Under the pieces are notes generated by a model. That model had not been told where the DNA came from, made no database searches, and saw nothing but the letters and a program-made list of their open reading frames with translations. Below are positions 53,500 to 64,000 of a DNA stretch of 64,000 bases, one piece after another (the stretch's first letter is position 1; each line of letters starts with the position of its first letter). Origin of the DNA: Isurus oxyrinchus (taxonomy: Eukaryota); the NCBI GenBank assembly GCA_026770705.1, contig JANJGN010000034.1, positions 3,286,001 through 3,350,000 on the forward strand, in the 5' to 3' direction. The translations under genes and the position numbers were made by a program.

Positions 53500-53800
53500 G
53501 GCATCGCTGGCTGGGCCAGCATGTATTACTCATCCCCAATTTCCCTTCAGAACTGAATGGCTTGCTAGCCTTGCCATTTCAGAGAACAGTTTTTTAGAGT
53601 CAAATGCATTGCTCAAGGTCTGGAGGGAAAGGTCATCGATAAACCAAATATGTTTTGAATGACAATCGACAATATCTTCATGTGCGCATTAGACTTCCAT
53701 ATTTTCCACCTGACTTCAAATTTCACAATCTGCCATGATGAGATTCGAACTTACAATCACATTACCTAGCTCGAGGACTAAACCAGTGAAACTATCACGA
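53500..53800 (-). mobile_element. tRNA-derived SINE
   Basis: catcgctggctgggccagcatgtatt (reverse complement of the 3' tail) through gagattcgaac (B box). Confidence 0.75.
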
Positions 53801-53959
53801 CATATTTGGTCTATTTCCTAATTTAAATTGTTCTATAATATTCTGTGTACAAGTGGATATTGTAGTTACCTGTATGACATCAGTAATTACACTTCAATGA
53901 GATCTGATTTGTTACATTGTATTTTGCATACACTTGGCCTCATTATTTACGAAGGGATA

Positions 53960-54480
53960 TACATGAGTGAGCTCAGTTAAGAGAAGATTCAAATGCCCCA
54001 TACTTGGGATGGGGCTGTAATCATATGAGGAAATATTAAACAAGATGGGACCCAATACAGTGGAGTTTAGAACAAATAACAATGATAAGTCATCTTAAAG
54101 AAAGGCAGATAGTCCCGATGGGAGTTGAAAGGCTGAAAGCTGAAAGAACTTTTCCCTTTGTGGGAAAGAATATAACAAAGTAGCACCATTGTGAAATGAG
54201 GGCTTTCCTAATAAAAACGGTAATTGGAATCGTTTTCTCCCTTTCAAAGTGTCGTGTGCCTTGTGGAACTAACTTCCAGGGACAGCGGTAGAGGCAAGAT
54301 CACTGGATATATTTATTTCGGCAGATTTAATTAGATGTTTCATCTAACCAGCGTGAGGCGTGGGCAGGCGGAATGTGGAGTTCGGGTCACATTCCCTCAG
54401 CCATGCTCTTAGTGAATGGTGGTTCAGGCTCTAGAGGCCTAATGGCCGATCCTTGCTCCTAATTTGTCTGATCTTATGCT
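53960..54480 (+). mobile_element. CR1 3' fragment
   Basis: Degenerate SYEEIL..GFR region, and a tail gaatggtggttcaggctctagaggcctaatggcc. Confidence 0.7.
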
Positions 54481-55339
54481 TCGTTTCGGATCGCCACCGA
54501 GGCTGTCAGATGTCGTTAGTCAATGAGGACTTGTTTTGCTTTCTATTTTCTCCTTTTAGTGCCAGTTGTTGGTAATTGCAATTTGACTCAAGGACCACAA
54601 ATGAGAAAGGTTGTTTCAACAACCTGCCTTGCGCTCAGCAAACATTGCTCCCTTTCTTTTCCCACTTCAAGATACTCTCCTTCGGAACTCACCTTGTCCA
54701 TGGGATTTACTTATTGTGAGCAGAATACCATAAAGCCATGTTCCAATGGAATTCACTTTCTGACATTTTGAACAGTTCATTTTTGGAGGTACCTTCTTCT
54801 CCAAAAATATCATCATTTTTCCTTCTTCAACAAGAACAGTTTAGACTTGCCTGTGCGTGATCATGCGTGCCTGCTACGCTTTCGACATGTCGCTATGAAG
54901 AGCATTCAAAAAATATTCTCAACATCATCATCTGTCCTCTTAGCGTTTTCTGCATTGAGGAAAATAATCCCAAGGGATCCGTTGTCACTCTCAACTTTTG
55001 TTACAAAGAAACTAGAAGTCAAAAAATAGAGAATTCTGAAATAAAGCATTTTTTAAATATATCACTCTGAAGCTAAGTCCAACCATAGGTTTTCATGACG
55101 GAAAATCTTTCTCATATATAACTTACGAAGTGGATAACAGACGGATAAATTCAGAATACACACTGTCTTTCGAAATGTTTGCATATTAGGAGATTATTGC
55201 GCTTTATGCTGAATACATTCCTAGATATTTTACTCTATGCCGTGTTGTCTTCTCAGGTGAGAATCCAAGCGAAGCCCTCATCCTTTGACTGAATTTTTTA
55301 ACAAAATGAGACAAAGACACTTTCCTGAATCCTACTTAC

Positions 55340-55366
55340 CTCCACTTCCATGTATTACTTTCGCTT
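55340..55366 (-). CDS. 27-nt phase-1 microexon, (x)AKVIHGSG
   Basis: ctattttgtttag|AAGCGAAAGTAATACATGGAAGTGGAG|gtaagt. Confidence 0.6.
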
Positions 55367-56214
55367 CTAAACAAAATAGTTACAAATAATGAGTAAACAA
55401 AACCGCAGTAATTGTGAAAGCACTGGCATGAGCAATTTCACGCTCTGTATTCAGTACACCTAATTCGAAGTTCAGACACAGCAAAATGCTGCTCCTAGCT
55501 CTATGTATATCGTAAATTCACGTGGGTCGATAGAATTAATTGGATGAATTAATCACATATATTCCCTCCCCCAGTTCTATTGTTACATTGACTCTGACAG
55601 AGCTGAATATGAAGAGCTCCATTTAACCAGCTCTTTATAGAGCAATACCTTTAAAGGAACATCGTTTAATACCTTTTTTGGCATTTTTAGTTGTTAAGAA
55701 AATTTCGCACTCCCAATTAAATTGATGTTGCTGTCTTTCGATCTCTTTCCGAAATTTAGGACATATTATTTTTAGCAGAGGCGTTAAATCAGAACAGTAG
55801 CCACTGTAGTTACATAGAAAATGTGGTAATTTTGTTGTGTTTATTAAAATCTAATCAAAAACAATTTCAAAATGAATAGCTAATGTTGTGATATTTGATG
55901 ATATAGCCAAGATTGAAAGCTAGACTGCATTGTTTACCGTTGCTCCAAATTGTGCACTTGCATCTTCTCTGTCTCCTGAGAGAACTTTCAGTGCCTCCTT
56001 CCTTCTTCCTTTCCAATTGATTACAACAACCAGAGTCCTTCTCTTCTGCAGTGGCCAAGGCTTCATCTACAATTTCGACATGGTTTTTGACTCACATCGA
56101 ATAGAGTGTGAAGCAACGGAGCCATCAGCTTAGTGAGCATATCTTTATGAAATAATGTAAGTGACGTTGAGGTTACACAAATTTGCAGTACTGATAGTTG
56201 GCTTGTATACTTGT

Positions 56215-57730
56215 TAGAACATAACAGAAGAAATAGCGACAGGAATTGACCATTAGGCGCTGCGAGTCTGCTCCACCATTCAATCAGGTCATGGCTGCTC
56301 TTCGTGTGCTTCAAATTCCACATTTCCATCTAACCCTGATAACTTTTCATTTTCCTTGCATTACAAGAACATATCTATTTCCAGCATAAAAAACATTGAA
56401 AGACCACGCCTCCTCCACCTTCTAAGGCAGAGAATTCTAAAGCTGCACAACCCTCTGAGAGGAACATAATCCCCACATATCTGTCCTAAAAGGGGTGCCC
56501 CTCATTTTAAAACAGTGGTCCCTAGATCTGGGCTCACCTGCAAGAGGAAACAACCTTTCAACGCCCAGTTTGACAAAGCCCTTCAGGATTTTGTATAAAA
56601 AAATCAAGTCACCCCACACTCTTCTAAACCCCAGTAGAGAGAAAAAAATTGTCTTTCCAAAGCTTCCTTATCAGAAAACCCACTCATTCCAGTAATCAGT
56701 ATAATGAACCTAATTTTAACCGCCTGCAACACATTTACATCTTTCCCTAATTGAGGAGACCAAACTGCACACAGTATTCAAGTCCAGTCTCAGCAAAGCC
56801 CTGCATAATAGAAATATAACATCTTTATTTTTTATGTTCAACCCCTCTCGTAATAAAGAAATGCATTCCATTCGCCTCCTTAAATATTTGCTCTACCTGC
56901 ATATTACGTAGTTGAGACTAATGTGCTAGAAGATCTAGATCAATCTGCACCTCAAAATTATGCAGTTGTTTTACATTTAAGTAAGACTTTGCTTTTTTGT
57001 TATTCCTGTAAAAGTGAACAATTCATACTTTCCCACGTTAAACTCCATTTGCCACATCGTTTCCCACTAATTTGCCGTATCCAAATCAATTTCCACCCTC
57101 CTCATGTCGTTTTTGTTTCATCTGCAAATTTAGCCACCATGTCTTCACTCCCGTCATCCAAGTCGTTGATGCAAATCGTAAAACATTGAGGCCCCAGTGC
57201 AGAGCCCTGTGGGCCGCCACTCATACCACCCTGCTAATGAGAATAATACCCAATGATGCACATTTTTTGCTTGTTGCCAGCCAGCCAATATTGTATCCAT
57301 GCGAAAATGTTACCCATTACACGATGTGTTTTTATTATCCGTAATAATCTTAGATGCCTAACTTATCAAATGCCTACTGGAAATCCAAGTAAAGTATTCC
57401 TGCAGGCTCCCCTTTTTCCACTGCGCATGCTACGTCAAAAAATCCAATAATTTGGTTGGATTGATTTTCCTTCCCAAAACCATGCAACTCTTACCAATTG
57501 TCTTGAGCTCTTCCAAGTGCCCAGCTATGACCTACATAATGATCGATTCCACTAACTTCTCCACGACAGACGTCAAGCTCACTGACTTATAGTTTCCTGT
57601 TGTCTGCCTTCTTGTATCGAGAGTGATATTCGCTACTCTGTAATCTTATGGAACCTTTCTGGAATCTAATGAATTTTGAAAAATTAACCATATTTAACAC
57701 AGAGTACCTCATTTGCCACCTCTTATTAAA
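56215..57730 (-). mobile_element. CR1 RT and 3' tail
   Basis: Reverse-complement INDLDD..AKFADE motif at about 57110-57170, and ORF 56437-56619 (GDLIFLYKILKG). Confidence 0.85.
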
Positions 57731-57799
57731 CCCACTCTATTCATTAAACCTATGGTGCACCATTTATAATTCTGCGGAAATCATGCATAAACACTACAA

Positions 57800-59185
57800 C
57801 TCAAGCCAGCTCACACATTGCCTTAAATCTTATGTTTCTGGCAGTGGTGGGGAAACTATTGGAAGCAATTCTGAGGGACATAATTAATCTACTTTTGGAG
57901 AGGCGAGGATTAATTAGGAGCATGGTTTTGTTAAGAGGATGTCATCTCTGGCCAAATTGATTGAATGTTTCAAAGAGGTGACCAGATTGTGCATTTGACA
58001 CAATCAACTTGGACATCAACAAGGCTATCAGCATGGTCCACGTGGGAGAAAGATAAAGAAGGTAAGTGCCCACTGGATCCAAGCCAACTTGGCTAATTTG
58101 ATCCTGAATTGGCTGAGTGGCAGGTAGCAGAGGGTGATGGTCGATGGATGTTTTTTGTGACTGAATGATTTGTCAAGTAGGGTTCCACGGGGATTGGTGT
58201 AGGTTCCCTTGCTGTTTGTGGTATATGTAAACGATTTGGACTTGAATTTAGGAGGGTTGATCATAAAGCTCGCAGATGACATGAACATTGGTGAGGTGGT
58301 AAAAAGTGAAGAGGATAGCCTTGGATTACAGGACGATATGGATGGGCCGGTCGGATGGGCCGATCGGTGGCAAATAGAATTTTATCGGGATAAGTGTGAC
58401 GAGTGGCAGGTGGGTAGGACAAACAAGGCAAAGGATACACGATGAATAGTAGGTCCCTGGGAAGTACCGAGGGGCAGAGGGACCTTGGTGTGCATGCCTA
58501 CCAATACGGTAAGGAAGAAGGTCAGTTAGATCAGGTGGTTAGAAAGATATATGGGTGACCGACCTTTAAAATACGAGGAATAGAATGTAAGTGCAGGCAA
58601 TTTATGCTGGAAAACTGAAGCTTTGGTTCGGCTGCAGCTAGAGTATTGTGCCCAATTCCGGAATCCAGATTACTGGAAGGATGTGGTTGCACTAGGGAGT
58701 GTGCAGAGGAGATTGACCAGGATGCTGCCTGGGCTCGAGAGTTTTAGTTATGAGGAGAGGGTGGATAAACAGAGGTTATTTTCATTGGAGCAGAGGAGAT
58801 TGATGGGAGACATGAACAAGGAGTATAGAAACATTAGGGGCATAGGTAGAGTGGATAAGAAAGATGGTTTCCACTTGGTGGAGTGATCAACAACTAGGTG
58901 GCATAGATTTAGCACAAGGCGGTGGAGGTTTAGGGGGGTTGTGAGGAAGAATATGCTCACCAAGAGGATTGTGGGATGTGTAACTAATTACCTGAAAGCG
59001 TGGTAGAAGCCAAAACCCTCAAAACATTTAAGGAATATTTGGATATGCATTTTCGATACCATAGCATACACGGCTATAGGCGTAGTGCTGGGAAATGGGT
59101 TAGAATACCCAGGTGCTTGTTTGAGCAGAGCACACTTGATGGGACGATGGGCCTTTTCCTGTGCTGTAGACCTGTAAGACTCTAT
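57800..59185 (+). mobile_element. CR1 RT and 3' tail
   Basis: ORFs LFVVYVNDLD..KLADD and VRLQLEYCAQF..VQRRLTRMLPGL. Confidence 0.9.
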
Positions 59186-59796
59186 AGCACTATAAATAAT
59201 GGCACAGAAAGAGAAGTAGCAAATTAAGTACCCCAATCTCATTTTGTCTTTCAATTAGGCCCTGGTCTGCAAAATGTTAGCGTGCATTCGGCCCGTGGTA
59301 TCTGCACCAACTCTCTGAATGAGCTATTCACCTAGATTTAGTCCAGCCCGGCCTTCTCAACGCAACCTTGCACGTTCCTACTTTACAATTAATAATCAAA
59401 ATCTCTTTTGAATGCATCTAGTGGAACACTCTGCACCATAAACTCAAACAACGCATTCCAAATCATTACTACGCACTGCTTGAAAAAGTTACCCATCATG
59501 TCACCATTGCTTCCTTTGCTAATTACTCAAGTGATGTGCATAGATGTTTTTTATATTGACTTCTCTCTACTGAGCCTTTTCCTATAACTCATTAAGTTTA
59601 ATAGAAGTTATTGAGAAAAATCCCCAAAACACAGTTTCACAATTTTGCGTTGAGGTGGCCTCATGATTTTTACGTGGAATTACATATTCTAACCAGAATT
59701 ATTGTGACATTCTAATGTGTGATCACGCATCAAATGTTTCGTTCTAATTTTAGAGTTACTCCCCATTTTTCCTACGCATCAACAGCTCAGGAGTAG

Positions 59797-60032
59797 TTTG
59801 TTTCGAGAATAGTTTGGTTTAGGTTTTTGGTAATAGAGATGCCCAGACCTTCGACGTTTTTTTCTCATTTGAACTACGCTTGTCAAAGCGTGAGATGCTG
59901 TGTCAGAAAATATGAATAATCAGTTACATTGTGCGATGAATGAGCATAGGGAGAATGATGATAAGACCATAGGACCATAAGACATAGGAGAGAAAATTAG
60001 GCCAATTGGCCCATCGAGTCTGCTCCACAATT
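59797..60032. repeat. 236-bp near-identical copy of 61761-61997, inside 10-bp direct repeats
   Basis: One substitution and one 1-bp indel were seen relative to the second copy. aacagctcag occurs at 59781-59790 and 60055-60064. Confidence 0.92.
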
Positions 60033-60778
60033 ATTTCCACCATTAACGATTACAAACAGCTCAGTTACATAACTGATTAATTTTCTATGTGATAGCAATT
60101 TTATGCGAGCTATCAGGATAGTGTTGCACTTAAATGTTCCGTGCAATCATGGCAAATTTGCGCTGCATCCTCCTCAAAATCAATGCATTCCCCCTGGAGT
60201 GCTGTTCCACAATGGAAAAGAATAATCCAGTTGAGGATCTAGACAGACATACGTATCAATAAAGCATCCAGTCTACCCACTTGCGCTCAGCCCCCTTGAG
60301 TTCAATTATTGTAGTGTTCAACAATCTGTGCTGGACTTATATTTATTAACAGCTAAATAATGTATATTTACTTAGGGACTATTAGCATTATTGTTGTTTG
60401 ACTGAAGTGGTATTGCAAATGTGCGGAACACCTGGTATAGAGTTATGACCTCAAATGCCATTATAACATTAATCGGAAAAAGCACATCTGGGCTTCGAGA
60501 AGCCCAGGGTTAGTCATACTAAGCAATTCGACTACAGAATTCTCAACAGGGCTAATAGCAAGCTTTGGTGAAAGGAACATATTTGCTTGTGTCTGGCTGG
60601 CCTATAGTGAATGATGTAATTTTTACAATACTTTTCTTATTTCTGAAATGGATTTTACACCCCGTCATCTGTCAAAAATGCATCTCAGCCACAACTTATC
60701 AACCGCAGTCAGAATTGAAAAAAATATTCAAATAATATAATTTTGCTGGCCTCCTCGACCAAATTCAGACTCGCTCAC

Positions 60779-60814
60779 CTGACTCTTTCAGCTTTTGTTT
60801 CAGAATTTTAATCT
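60779..60814 (-). CDS. 36-nt phase-1 microexon, (E)IKILKQKLKES
   Basis: tattgtttttctttag|AGATTAAAATTCTGAAACAAAAGCTGAAAGAGTCAG|gtgagc. Confidence 0.7.
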
Positions 60815-61924
60815 CTAAAGAAAAACAATATAACAGCCAAATGAATTTAAACTCAGCAACAACGATCACATCAAGAACAAGGGCGACGAAACTGTACTTA
60901 TCCGAGGTTGCAGTAACACCTGTTGCATCTAAGGTGCGCTCCAGCAGCATTGTAATGTTTGTGATACTTAAAAATAAACAGGCAACGCACAGCATGACTG
61001 TGCCAGCACAAGATGCGCATCTGGACATCATGCACAAAAACAATAGAAAGAGAGGCTGGAAAAAGCGTGGGAAAATGTGCACCAATAATAGCAGGGAAAG
61101 CGGCGAGAGACCATTTTTTTCATGGGGGTATGTCTGATGGGGTGGTTAGTCGAAGCAGGATGCAGGCGAAAATAACTAAATACCAGGAATTGACGAGGCC
61201 TAAATGATGTCAGCGAGGTTGAGTTTCAGAACATAGCATAGCCCCATAACCACCTCCCAATACTTGTCGTGAAGGGAAGACAAGGAAAAACCACATTCTA
61301 TCCAGTCAACTTATAAGGGATGGGAGCGGGCCGGCCAGAATGCCATTGGGAGGGCCCGCCCAACATCTTACTACAAACGTTAAATTACTTAAAGCTACAC
61401 GACTGCTACATATTCAGTAGCTCATTATTATCCGGGACATAATCTGCAGACCAATGTCTCAGAAATGACGAAGGCAAGTAAATGCCAATTATTAAGTTGT
61501 AAGGGTCCACCAGGGCGAAATAAGCAAACACAGTGTTCAGTGAGGAAAATTAATTAGCTTACTCCCGATGAGAACCTATGATCACAAGCTGGCATGTTTA
61601 GAATGCATATTGCGTTGCCACTCTTTATTACAAAATGACCCAAGTAACACGCAATTTATCGTTAGCTGAGCCACGCACACGGCCATGGAAACTGAAGGTT
61701 AAATCGAACAGCCTAGCTTAATTATAATTGGAAAGCAACATCAAGTGAGCTTCCTCCCACTTTGTTTCGAGAATAGTTTGGTTTAGGTTTTTGGTAATAG
61801 AGATGCCCAGACCTTCGACGTTTTTTTCTCATTTGAACTACGCTTGTCAAAGCGTGAGATGCTGTGTCAGAAAATATGAATAATCAGTTACATTGTGCGA
61901 TGAATGAGCATAGGGAGAATGATG

Positions 61925-64000
61925 ATAAGACCATAAGACCATAAGACATAGGAGAGAAAATATAGGCCAATTGGCCCATCGAGTCTGCTCCACAATTCAA
62001 TCATGCCTGATAAGTTTCTCAACCACTCTCTCCCGCCTTCTCCCCATAACGTTTAATATCCTTACCAATCAAGAACCTATCTATCTCAGAATAAATACAC
62101 TCAATGACGTGGCCTCCATAGCCTTCTGTGGCAATGAATTCCATTGGTTCACCACTCTGTGGCTAAAGGAGCTTCTCATCATCTCTGTTCTAAGAGGTCT
62201 TCCCTTTATTCTGAGGCTGTGCCCCCGGGTCCTGGTTTATCCTACTAATGGAAACATCTTCCCATGCCCACTCTATCCAGGCCTTTCAGTATTCTTTAAG
62301 TTTCAATCAGATCCCCAATCATCCTTCTAAACTCCATCGAATATAGACCAGAGTCCTCAAACATTCCTCATATGTTAAGCCTTTCAATCCTGGGATCGTC
62401 CTTGTGAACCTCCACTGGACCCGCTACAGGGGCAGAACGTTCTTTCCGAGATATGGAGGTCAAGGCTGCTCACAATATTCTTAATGTGGTCTGACGAGAC
62501 TCTTCTAACCAATCAGCAGCACATCCCTGCATTTGTATTCTCGTCCTCTCGAAATGACTGCCAACAATGCATTAGCCTCCCTAAATACCGACTCAACCTA
62601 CAATTTAATCTAAATGAAATCCTGGACTAGCGTAGTCCAGATTCGTGAATTCTCTCTCCATTTAGAAAAAGTCTACGCCTCTTTGCTTCCTACCAAAGTG
62701 AATGACCTCACACTTCCCCACGTTCCATTGCAGCTGACACTTCTTTGCCAATTCTCATAACCTGTCAAAATCCTTCTGCAGCCTCCCTGCCTCTTCATAC
62801 TACCTTTCCCTCTACCTGTCTATGCATCATCTGCAAACTTGGCCAGGATGCCCTCAGTTCCTTCACCTAGATCATTAATGGAAAAGTGAAAAGCTGTGGT
62901 CCCAAACCTGACCCCTGCGGAACTCCACTAGTCACCAGCCGCCATCCTGAGAAGGACCCTCTTAACCCCAATCTCTGCCTCCTGTCATACAGCCAATATT
63001 CTATCCATGCTGGTACCTTGCCTCTAGCACCATGAGGCTGTTATCTTACTGAGCTGCCTCCTCTTTGACACCTTGTCAAAGGCCTTCTGGAAGTCCAAGT
63101 AGATACCATCCATTGGCTCTCCATTGTCTATCCTACTCATTACCTCCTCAAAGAATTTTAAAAGATTTGTCAGGCATCACCTCCCCTTGATGAAAGCATG
63201 CTGTCTTTGCTCAATTTTACCATGCACTTCCATGTATTCTGAAAGCTTATCCTTAATAATGGATTCTAAAATATTATGAACGACCGAGTTCAGGCTGATC
63301 GGCGAGTAATTTCCGTTCTCTTGCCTCAATCCTTTCTTAAACAGTGGGACTCCAGCAGCGATGTTACAGTCCTCTAGGATGCTCCCTGACTCTAGTGATT
63401 CCTGAAAGATCACCTCCACGTTTTCTTCAGCTCTCTCCTTCAGAACTCTGGGGTGTAATCCATCTGGTCTAGGTTATTTATCCACCTTCAGAACTTTCAG
63501 TTTTCCTATCACCTTCTCCTTCGTAATGGCCACCATACTCACCTCTGCCCCCCACCCCCAACTCCCCCCCACCCTGACTCGCTTGAACTTTTGGGATGTT
63601 ACTCGTGTTTTTCACTGTGAAGACTGATGCAAAGTACCTATTCAGTCTGTCCGGAATTTTTTTCTTCCACACTTCTACTTCTCCAGAGTAATTTTCCAAA
63701 TTCCCAATGTGCACTTTTGCGTCTCACTTACAATTTATATATCTAAAAAAACCTCTTGCAATCTTCTTTTATATTACTGGCTAGTTTATCCTCATATTTA
63801 ATCTTCTCGTTCCTCATTTATTTTTTAGTTGTCCTCTGTTGCTCTTTATAGGCTTCCCAATCCATTGGTTTCCCACTGCTCTTTGCTGCATTGTACGCTT
63901 TCACTTTAGATTTTAATGGTATCCCTGACTTCCCATGTGAGCCATGGTTGCCTTGTCCTCGTTTTTGGTATGTTTTTTCTTCGTAGGGACGAAGAATTAG
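61925..64000 (-). mobile_element. Relatively young CR1 (ORF2 RT and 3' tail), running off the window
   Basis: IFQESLESG..VPLFKKG..GNYSPISL, YLDFQKAFDKV, GVPQGSGLGP and AKFADD. The 3' octamer repeat appears as (aagaccat)n on +. Confidence 0.93.

Noticed and set aside
60765-61085. Hydrophobic 106-aa ORF resembling a signal or TM protein
   Set aside because: The hydrophobicity comes from T-rich intron sequence. Only the last 36-nt exon is supported.
1-64000. CRISPR arrays, operons, rRNA or tRNA genes
   Set aside because: None were seen. The DNA is eukaryotic, and the tRNA-like boxes belong to SINE heads.

Overview
AT-rich vertebrate genomic DNA, not prokaryotic. The repeat complement (CR1/L2-group LINEs, RTE, Penelope-like elements, Deu-domain and tRNA-derived SINEs, Harbinger) looks like a cartilaginous fish (shark); this is an inference. 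Most of the listed ORFs are transposon remnants or noise. Between the repeats, the minus strand carries a long series of very short exons (12-75 nt) with canonical splice signals. Most are symmetric phase 1, several are paralogous to each other (LDKLLQDA twice; AKAMIEKDK/ARSILDKDR; EIARLTEQINSK/EIKILKQKLKES), and a few carry stops. They suggest an unannotated, internally duplicated, microexon-rich coiled-coil gene or a decaying pseudogene spanning about 2.5-61 kb. Other notable structures: a decayed two-gene Harbinger element, Penelope-derived insertions with TSDs carrying variant minimal hammerhead-ribozyme motifs (one as a 68-bp hairpin), a 236-bp local copy of a CR1 tail plus its flank bounded by 10-bp direct repeats, and a ~210-bp-arm inverted repeat. 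Repeat boundaries are approximate unless a TSD is given.
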